64,000 bases of DNA. Origin: Squalus acanthias. Lineage: Eukaryota. Below the pieces are notes generated by a model, which made no database searches, was not told the DNA's origin, and saw only the letters and a program-made list of their open reading frames with translations. Position numbers and translations under genes: made by a program. The DNA lies in contig CM059432.1 in NCBI GenBank assembly GCA_030390025.1, forward strand, positions 71,302,001 through 71,366,000. The letters are read 5' to 3'. Below are positions 1-9,111 of this stretch, piece after piece (positions within the stretch are counted from its first letter, which is position 1; every line of letters starts with the position of its first letter).

Positions 1-1800
1 CCAAATGTGAATATTCAGCTTTTAAAGCTGAATTCCCTTCTGAACCTCAAAAATGGGAAAGCTGCTTCAGCACTAACACAAATGGCTCAGCAAGCCAGGA
101 GGGTCTCACACACAGCACTCCAGCTTAGTGCAGGGGGTCAACACTGAAAGAGAGATCCTCTACCCACAGGAGCCAGGAAGCCCTCCAGAAAGAGGATGTG
201 GGACTACATCACCGAGGCCGTCACTGCCAGCAGTGTCGCCCCCACGACCTGGCTCCAGTGCCCAAAGAAGCTTCATGATGTCAGACCACTGGTCAAGGTC
301 AGTGAATGCATCTTTAAAAGCCATCTCCTACCAAATGCACCACTAACCTCACACACTGCTCAATGCATGACCCCCACCCCTAATCACTCACCTACCAACA
401 ATCTGCACCAATCACGAGGCACATCTTCCATTCCTAGCCTCATCTCACCCCCTTGGAGGAGACAGTGTTGGCAGGGGCATGGCTGACCTCTTGGCCAGCG
501 ATGGGGCTGAAAGGATACAAGATGCGGGTATCCTCATACGTTATCCTCCTTCTGGCCTGCACCTCTTGCTGTCCCATCCTCCTGTCACCACAACTCCTCC
601 CTTGTTCCTTCCTCATTTCACATACCCAAGAAATGCAGCCTGCCCAGCCAGTGGTTGACCAAGAAGAGGGTGCAGAGAGTAAGGAATAATAATAAGAAAC
701 AGCGTCACTTGATTTGACACTCCAGCCACCAGCTCCTCAAGGTCGATCGGCAAGACCATTTGCAGTGTCCCCCACTGAAAGTTAGCAGCCTTCCATCAGC
801 CATGCTGTAGCCACTGGGGTTGCACTGCATGACAGCAGTAGGATAGGCAAAGGCACACACAAGACAGTCACTAAGAGAATGCATAAGGGTGTTGAGTTGA
901 TTTCTTGATGTCATATTGGATGGATGTATAAAGTTGGATTGGAAGGTTTGCTTTGTGGTGGCTTTTATTTCAGCATTGTGTCCAAGAGGACGCTGTGATG
1001 GTCAGTAACAGAGGGAAGGTAAGGTGTGGGACAAATGTGGAAAGGGGAATTGGGGTTGTGGTCACTGGTATTGCAGGTGGATGATTCCAGCCCAGATATC
1101 CCGGCCAGAAAAGGGCTGTCTGTGTTGCATCCATCCTTCTGCTTCCTCCTCTTCAGCTTCTTCCTCCTTTGTGTCTTCCTCTTCCCTCTGCGGGCAGATG
1201 TTGTAAATCTGAAATGACAGCATAAAATGCTAGAAATACCTTGCTGGTCAGGCAGTATCTCGACCTGAGACATGAACTCTATTTCTCTCTCCATGGATGT
1301 TGCCTGACCTGCTGAGTACTTGCAGCATTTTTTGTCTTCTCAGAGGCCTTCCTTTACCATCTGAGGCCTTGCAAGCATCCAGCAGCACACCCTACATACT
1401 TAAAAAACTTTTAACATCTATTGCAGCAAGCTACTACTTCAATTAAAAAAAACAGTCCAAAAGCTTAAATCCAAACTTACCTGAAAGATGTGTGTGTCCC
1501 TTTAAGAGGTGCTGACATCACTACTGTCAGCCTGCTTCGCATGCTTAGGACCGAGCACTGAATTCAGCACTAGGGTCGAAGTTCGGATTGGTGACATCAA
1601 TTCAGCATTGCATGCCGATTGACGTCACCACGCTGCCATTTTTTTTCCAGGGCACTGCCAGTTACCGGCAGCGCAAAGAGAACCAGGAAAATGGTGGCCA
1701 CTGCGGGTCCCGCCACCAGCTGGTGAAAGAGCAGCGACCACCAATTTTTTGCCGTTTCATGGTGCTACGGAGTGGCGGTAAGTACATGAATTTCTAGCCC
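1..1800 (+). mobile_element. Decayed PIF/Harbinger element (Myb/SANT gene remnant, right TIR)
   Basis: 82-690 resembles the Myb-like gene at 59240-60117; ends GAATTTCTAGCCC; contains a short Penelope pLTR-like piece at about 1215-1340. Confidence 0.6.
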
Positions 1801-2650
1801 TAGATCTTTAAACATTAGACATACAGAGAAATAAAACATACAACCGCATGCTCTTTCCCTGGTAGAGAACTCGTTGTTGCTCCTTCCAATGCTAATTTTC
1901 TCTACAATGTCAGTAACAATCAATCATCAATGATAGATGTTATTGAACAAGACCCTAGAAAGGATATATTTCCTTGAAAATGACAGTCACTTGTTTGCAT
2001 CCTGTTAACCATTGTACCATACCATGGCTAACTCTTAAGTGGCCACTAAATAAGTCACAAATCTTACATTCTGTGTTTCAGCAAACAATTCAACAAGTCA
2101 ACTAAAACAGCTCCTTGACACATCAAACGCTAAAGCATCTTGGGAATGAACAACTTTCACCATTTCATTCAGTAAAAAGAAACCAAAAACTTTAATGATA
2201 TGAGATTAAACCAAATCCTAATCCTACGTATATAGGTATACACGACAAAGTTATCTTACACTCTGAAGTCGAAAATCCCAGATAAGGTGCCAGTGGGATT
2301 TTTGATATGTGTTGCGGGGCAGGGGGAGGGATGGTGGTGGTGGTGGTTACAGATCTCAGTCCATTCATGTTCTCACCCAATATCCACTGACAGCAAAGCT
2401 CACTAGATAGCTATCAGGACTGGGACGTCTAGTTAATTTTCCCCTTCCCTGCCAATTGTGCCCAAACTGTTGAGCTCAGCACAGACCAAGGATAAAGCCT
2501 GATACTTTCCTAGTCTACGTGGCTCGATACCCAAGTTAGGACTTGACTCATTAAAAACTGACAACCTCTTATATTTGGTGGAATTTCCCTGTATGCCTAG
2601 AATTTTGACAAAACATATTTTGGTGACTTGCCTGTTTTGGTAGGTATATA

Positions 2651-2975
2651 GGCCTAGAAATTCGAACCTTTAGCACTGGTCGTTAAGGCCAGTTTTGAAG
2701 AAAAAGTGGCGGCCACCTCGCTTCCGCACACTTCCGGCACGGAATGCAGGCAGCCGCCATATTGGGCAGGTCGGCAGCGTTGCCGTTGCCTGCGCTCGCC
2801 ACAAGTATTTTAATTACCAGGAGAGTGGCGTCAATCGGCGTGCAACCCTGAATTGATGCAAGCTCAGCGATTTTGGACATCGGCGCTCTACTTACTTATC
2901 GCCCTCTCCAAAGCACACCCGTGCGTGCAGCCATTGACAATGCGTAAAACCGGGAGAAATCGGCGGTGAGCTATC
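2651..2975. mobile_element. Harbinger-type terminal fragment
   Basis: Starts GGCCTAGAAATT, the TIR type seen throughout the window; GC-rich subterminal region. Confidence 0.45.
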
Positions 2976-3419
2976 AACCAAATAGTAAACATTCTGTACA
3001 CTTCACATTTACTATACTACTTTTAAATAAGTTACACCCAAATAACTGACTTCAATTGTCTTTCAGTTTATTGCAAAAATTCTTTAATATGATGCAGATC
3101 GAGCTGGCTTTTTTTTCTTTGTTGCTTAATTTAATTTATTTTTTTGATCTTTTCATCAAGATCCAGCTTATATCAAGAAAATGCTGATGAGCCTGCTAAA
3201 CACAGAAATATTAAGATATATAGAGGTTTTTTTAATTCTTATTGAAAATCTAAACTTCTCAACTAGCCCAATATCTCATAAAGATTGGAAATAGCAATTT
3301 GTATTGTCTGTGGAAGTGGGAGGAGGAGGGACGGGTTCTCCATTGTTTTGTATCATGAAACGTAATTGGTGGGCCAACTAAAAGTCTTGCAACTTGCAAA
3401 TAGTAAGAAGGGATGAAAA

Positions 3420-3561
3420 CTTTTTTTTATATTCGTTCCTGGGATGTGGGCTTCGCTGACAAGGCCAGCATTTATTGCCCATTTCTAATTGCCCTTGAGA
3501 ATGTGGTGGTGAGCCGCCTTCTTGAACCGCTGCAGTCCACATGGTGAAGGTACTCCCATAG
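3420..3561 (-). mobile_element. 3' end of a CR1/L2-group LINE
   Basis: Same 3' sequence as at about 52400-52545 and 57010-57150. Confidence 0.75.
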
Positions 3562-4371
3562 TGGGGATAGGCTACCGACAAACATCCACTACAAGCCCAC
3601 TGATTCCCACAGCTACCTGGACTACACTTCCTCCCACCCCGCTTCCTGTAAGGACTCTATTCCATTCTCCAAATTTCTCCGTCTCCGCCGCATCTGTTCT
3701 GACGATGCCACCTTCCATACCAGTGCTTCCGATATGTCTTCCTTTTACCTCAACAGAGGATTCCCCCCTACCGTGGTTGACATGGCCCTCGACTGTGTCC
3801 ATTCCACTTCCCGCACTTCTGCTCTCACCCCTTCTCCCTCCCAGAACCACGATAGGGTTCCCCTTGTCCTCAGCTTTCACCCCAACAGCCTCCACATTCA
3901 ATGGATCATCCTCCGCCATATCCTCCACCTCCAGCGTGATCCCACCACCAAACTCATCTTCCCCTCCCCTCCCCTTTCAGCATTCCGAAGGGACCGCTCC
4001 CATCCTCAACACCCTGGTCCACTCTTCAATCACCTGGAACAGCCCCTCCCCTCCCCACGGCACCTTCACGTGCAAGCGCAGGAGATGCAACACCTGCCCT
4101 TTTACCTCCTCCCTTCCCACTGTCCAGGGCCCCAAACACCCCTTCCAGGTGAAACAGCGATTTACTTGTACTTCTTGCAATTTAGTATACTGTATTCGCT
4201 GCTCACGATGCGGTCTCCTCTACATTGGGGAGACCAAACGCAGATTGGGCGGCCGCTTTGCGGAACACCTCCGTTCAGTCTGGAAGGGTGACCCCGAGCT
4301 TCCGGTCGCTTGTCACTTTAATTCTCCGCTCCACTCCCACTCTGACCTCTCGGTCCTCGGCCTCTTACACT
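3562..4371 (+). mobile_element. Penelope-like element, 5' part (RT C-terminus and GIY-YIG endonuclease, frameshifted), interrupted by the provirus
   Basis: NLVYCIRCSRCGLLYIGETKRRL..RFAEH GIY-YIG motif; the sequence continues after 17102. Confidence 0.88.
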
Positions 4372-6018
4372 TGTAAGGGATTCTGACCCTGCGTGTCTCG
4401 CAGCCTGTGAGATTTCACGCGGCTCTGTGCAGCCTGTATGTCAGTGCGGGTCTAGGCCTTGTTGCCTGTTCTGGTCTCCAGCCAGTCTGGGAACACTAGA
4501 CACACCTGTGAGTGGTTCGAATCACTCGCCCTTACGGTTCTAGACACTGGACTTAGATGCGAGAGCAGTAATGGAGATGAAACTCATGTAGACTCGGTTG
4601 AATGGTACGAAATGGAAAATCTTTATTGCATGATACTTAAGATTATGAAATACATGTCATAAGCACAGATTAATGACAGTACAATCTTACAAGCAGTTAT
4701 ATAGTCGATCTTAGGGAAACGAGGAACGAACGGCACACCGTAAATAGGGGCACACATTACAAATATCCTTAATCCTTAAACCCTCCCCTATCAATATCTA
4801 TCCTAACTAGATTCGTAGGATTTCGAGACTCATGCTCACCACTCGTGATAACTCGGAGAAATTCCGAATAGCTGATCGGATGTTTTTCACCGCAGCACCC
4901 ACGTGTCGGTCAGGAGATCTCCTGGTCCCACTTGTTTACTTGCTTCTGCTGCTCCGGCTAGCAGGCTGGACCGTCTGTTGTGATGAAGACCTGTGTTGGT
5001 TGGTTTAACAGGTACTTTTCCGAGCACAGTTCAGTCAATATCATCGATGTGATATGTTCTTTGCAAGTTCGAAGAAGTCTTCCTGGCAAGGAAAACTTGG
5101 CTGTTCGACCTACAGGCGCGGTCGGGATTTACTGACCGTGGCGATGAATATGGTCTTCCTCTCTTCTCATCTCATCTCATCTCGGGCCTTTGGTTCCGCT
5201 GCCAGTTACCAACATAGGTCTTCGTTACGCGACACGAGGTAGATCCGAACGGATCAGAAAGTTCAACAGTCCTTTTCAAAAAGTCAACAGGCAAGCAGGA
5301 GCCCGACTACGAGTACACAGGAGCAGCCACGAGGTTACGAATAAGAGCACAGGATAAGAGCACAGGAGCAGCCACGATGATAAGAGAAAGATGGACGGTT
5401 TGGAGCCTGCAATTATAGTGCAAAATCTTCCGTTTCCCGCCCAACTTTAATGTCCATTCTTTTGTTTAAGGTCTGGCGCTCAAATGTCTTGTATGGGTGA
5501 TCTCCGTTCTTAATGGGTTTCGGGGCTACTCGTAAATGTCTGAGTACCTGTTAATATTTCTCCCATTGTTAAATCGGTCGGTGTTCTCCCTGGAGGGGTT
5601 GTGGGGCTTCCAAGTGTTTTGTATAACTACCTGCTAACGGCTCTCTCATCGTAGAGTCGTTGGGATTTTACATATTAATGTCTTTTGGATGGGCCCTTGA
5701 TTACTCGGTACAATAGCTTTCATTTGTACCTGGGAGACCGATTTCAGTATTTATGTGTATACTGCAAACCCATAATGTCTCGTGTATTATCTTCACTGTG
5801 CTGAATCTTAATCGATCTTGCACAAATGTTTATTGGAACGCCATCTTGTCTGCCTGTCGAAAAGTCTAGAATGTTCTGTCACGAGGTGCGGCGGCCATTT
5901 TACAGGCTGCTTGTGTCCACTTTAAACCTGGCAGCATTCTGCTGAAATAAAAGCTGTTTGAACGAAACTCTGTGTTTTCTCCTTATTAATAAAATCGCGA
6001 TATATTGCGAATTCTACA
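4372..6018 (-). repeat. 3' LTR (1647 bp)
   Basis: Begins TGTAAGGG and ends ATTCTACA on +; preceded on the minus strand by a purine-rich tract. Confidence 0.97.
4622..4627 (-). terminator. Candidate polyadenylation signal in the 3' LTR
   Basis: Minus-strand AATAAA about 250 nt before the LTR end, in AT-rich context. Confidence 0.55.
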
Positions 6019-6030
6019 GTCCCTCCTGTT
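6019..6030 (-). promoter_or_regulatory. Polypurine tract
   Basis: Minus-strand AACAGGAGGGAC immediately before the TGTAG start of the 3' LTR. Confidence 0.75.
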
Positions 6031-6469
6031 GATGCGAATAACTCCGCTTATCGTATCAAAAATCATAGTGGTGAGCAATATTATCTCGATTTCTCTCCGA
6101 ATCCAGCAAATTAATCCCATAACTTTAACCTAGCTAGGGTCTCTGTGTCGTCCTCATTTCCCAAGAAAATTACATTTTATATCACCGTAGGCATTATTTG
6201 CCCTTAAACTTACACCACTTGTTTTCCTTCCCGGCGTAACCAGGCCGATGCCTCTCGTATCACCTGTATATTCATCTTTTATTCAGGGAAAGGAAAAACA
6301 AAACCCAAAACCAAACAATCATTTTTAACTGTAACACCATCACCAAAATAATCAACACCGACTCTTAAAACATGTCGAGTTCCCAAACGTATTTACAATC
6401 TCTGAAAATCATGATCGAGTACAAACTTCCGCGGCGCACGTGGCGAGCGGGAGTGACGCCATTTTCCGA

Positions 6470-8821
6470 TCACACGGTGCTTTCATCGTGCACACGCACG
6501 TAACGTTCTCGCCACTCTCCCGTGTTTTCATGCTTGGTGAGGCGCTTGTCTCTTTTACAATGTACGACCAATAGGTACACTACAATGAAAACTTGGCATA
6601 CGACTAAAATGTGGGAGGCTATTCTGATCCATGAAGGCACTTCAATATTAGTGAACAGATTCCACCACGGTGGAACTACTATATCCAAAATGTCTGTTCC
6701 TATTTCGACAGTTTTCTGCTCTAATGTGTAAAAATGTTTCTGTGACACCGCAACGGCTTTTAAAAGTTTGGTGAGGTGTTCAGGGAGAGGGGGAATGAGG
6801 TATCCAAAATGCGCGACGAATCGCTGCAAGTCGGTGAAATTCTCTTTTACTGTGAGATGAACAGTGGATGGTTCAGGGATTGGGATAATTCGCTGTTGTG
6901 CTACTTGAACTTCCGCCCTGGGTTTAAAACAGAAACTGCTGTCACTCACCGGACACCGGCTACGGTTTCCATGCTGGTAGTGTTGCGCTGCAGTGGTAAC
7001 ACAATATGTTCCACCCCCGATGTATGCTACCTGCGGAGGCACATGATCTTGTGCCATTGCCTCCATGGTGCAATTCATGGACTTGGCGCCAGTCGTTCTG
7101 AACCCACACTGTGGTGTTAAAAAGGCATTCAAGTGCTGGGGGCACAGTATTATGTGTGCTCCCCTGCCACGACAACCAGAGAGATCTGTACCTGTCATCG
7201 TTTGCTCCCAGCGGATGACGTAAGGTGGAACCGCTGCGTAACGAATGTGGGCTCCCCCCTGAATGACACCAATGTTCTCTACCCGATACACCGGGGCGGG
7301 CTTTGCTGTGTCGCCCAAAACTGGCATGCGTAATACTATTCCCATAATAGTATGGTTTGATCGTCCGCAGTCCACGGGGACTGGGTAAGCTTCTGAAGCT
7401 AGCCTGAGCTGGCACGGACTTAATGCGTTCTGAAAAGGGTGGAGCGCCCGCAGGTGTTTGTTACTTATCCAGGACGGGACCAAACCTTGTTTTAAATCCT
7501 CCAAATTACTGCGGCCCTCGCCCAGTAACCACGCCCCGTAAAGCACGCACACCTCGTTCTGCGCGGCTTGATCGGATGCATTCCGATCTTCCCTAATCAG
7601 GGCATTTACCGTCTTTGCATGTTTCTCCAACTCTGCTATAATTTCCTTTAAATGGAGAGTCATGGCTTGGTCCTCGTGTAAACCTGACCCTACCACTTTA
7701 TTCTCATCTGTTAGAATGTCTTTTAATTGTGTCTTTAAACCATTAATCTGGGTCTGCAGCTCCACACTGTCTAGAGCGTTGACCACAGATGTACCCGTGT
7801 TAAAAGCAGTGAACGCATCGTTCACCAAACCCCTTCTTTGCCTCCCTGCTTGATTCAAAACTTCCTGTGGTGCGGTGTACAAACTTGTTTTATCAATTTC
7901 CGCGAAATCGAATTCGTAAAATTGTCTGAACATCTTGGTCAACAGGACCTGATACAACTGTTCCGTCTTTTTGGGGCACCACTCTGGTAACCGCACCTCG
8001 GTGAGATTTAAAATCACCGAGGCCACCGCGTAATGTACTCCCTGAAATAGTATCTGGTCTGTGGGGACCAGTACCAAACCATTCCCGGGTCCCTTACTAG
8101 TTTTAGGGCACCCTTCTTCCTCAGCTAGAACCACCGGAATCGTGGGCGGGGCTTTGCGTGGGCGCGTAATGAGCTCAGTGGCATTTACTGGGATCGGGGA
8201 GAATGGGGCTCCGCACCCCCTGGTGCTCGCATCCCACCTCATCCCCTGTCCGTTATCCTGCCATTGATTAATGAAAAATATGGAGATGCCTTTGGGGCAA
8301 ACGTACTTTGACCCCCACATACATACATATATTCCCTCGTCCGGTTCCCACCATTTGTCCCAACAGACTTTCACTTGTCCGTTTGTCCCCGTAATTGTCC
8401 GATGGGTATTATTACCCAGTCGTTCCCACTCGACCGAAGAGTTCCTCATAGTTTTGCTCAGCTTTCGCAGCCACCACCATCGGCTCAGTGGGACATTCCC
8501 ACTACAAGTCAAACAAATCCGTTTGCCGACGGTGACGCTGATCCTGGGTGCGATGATCCTTACTTTGGGGCACAGTAAAGAAGTCTCTTTGTAGGCAAAC
8601 CCCGATGTGCTAGAATACTCCGTTGAGTTCGTTCCCAGCCATCCTGGCCACCTTCCCTTGTGGAAATAGGTGCTGGTCTCCTCTGCCTCCCGTCTTCCGG
8701 TCCCATCCACCGCGATGGGGGCCGTGTCCCCGGAACATCCAAACACCACGACATCCTTGGTGCGGCCTCGATAGGCCAATCCACATCCGATTGCCGCGAG
8801 CAATACTAGAATTCGTTCCAT
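6470..8821 (-). CDS. env: Env-like class I fusion glycoprotein (783 aa from the Met at 8821; ORF open from 8980)
   Basis: Signal peptide MERILVLLAAIGCGLA; Ig-like segment; furin site RQRR (7832-7843) followed by a fusion-peptide-like segment and heptad repeat; Cys-rich ectodomain; several N-x-S/T sequons; C-terminal TM and short tail. Confidence 0.9.
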   Translation of the reverse strand: MERILVLLAAIGCGLAYRGRTKDVVVFGCSGDTAPIAVDGTGRREAEETSTYFHKGRWPGWLGTNSTEYSSTSGFAYKETSLLCPKVRIIAPRISVTVGKRICLTCSGNVPLSRWWWLRKLSKTMRNSSVEWERLGNNTHRTITGTNGQVKVCWDKWWEPDEGIYVCMWGSKYVCPKGISIFFINQWQDNGQGMRWDASTRGCGAPFSPIPVNATELITRPRKAPPTIPVVLAEEEGCPKTSKGPGNGLVLVPTDQILFQGVHYAVASVILNLTEVRLPEWCPKKTEQLYQVLLTKMFRQFYEFDFAEIDKTSLYTAPQEVLNQAGRQRRGLVNDAFTAFNTGTSVVNALDSVELQTQINGLKTQLKDILTDENKVVGSGLHEDQAMTLHLKEIIAELEKHAKTVNALIREDRNASDQAAQNEVCVLYGAWLLGEGRSNLEDLKQGLVPSWISNKHLRALHPFQNALSPCQLRLASEAYPVPVDCGRSNHTIMGIVLRMPVLGDTAKPAPVYRVENIGVIQGGAHIRYAAVPPYVIRWEQTMTGTDLSGCRGRGAHIILCPQHLNAFLTPQCGFRTTGAKSMNCTMEAMAQDHVPPQVAYIGGGTYCVTTAAQHYQHGNRSRCPVSDSSFCFKPRAEVQVAQQRIIPIPEPSTVHLTVKENFTDLQRFVAHFGYLIPPLPEHLTKLLKAVAVSQKHFYTLEQKTVEIGTDILDIVVPPWWNLFTNIEVPSWIRIASHILVVCQVFIVVYLLVVHCKRDKRLTKHENTGEWRERYVRVHDESTV

Positions 8822-8834
8822 CCTTCCTTGGTTC

Positions 8835-8856
8835 CTGTGATCAGATAGAATGAGGT
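8835..8856 (-). promoter_or_regulatory. Candidate env splice acceptor
   Basis: CTCATTCTATCTGATCACAG|G, 13 nt upstream of the signal-peptide ATG (AGGATGG). Confidence 0.5.
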
Positions 8857-9111
8857 AGCCAGCCTCGCAAGAGTCTCTGGCTTCTGTGAAGGGTAAGCGG
8901 GTCCCCTGACCTCGCCTCACGTAAACTTCAACGTTCGCTGAATAAACTTTAACTAAACCTAACTTTAAAGCTCCCATCATTTTATCGTTTTCTGTTAAAA
9001 TTAAAACTGCAAACTTAACCTTATTAAAACTATAAACTTAACCTTGAACTATGAACTTAAAACTTAAAACTTATTACTATACAGTGCCGCCCGTTCTCAG
9101 GGCGGCCCCCT

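Noticed and set aside
4514..4524. tRNA gene or Pol III B-box (GGTTCGAATC) in the LTR
   Set aside because: No cloverleaf or convincing A-box; the match is part of a near-palindrome.
4459..5242. Short + strand ORFs in the LTR (67 and 62 aa, duplicated at 15539 and 16134) as accessory genes
   Set aside because: Short, antisense, no recognisable motif; duplicated only because the LTR is.
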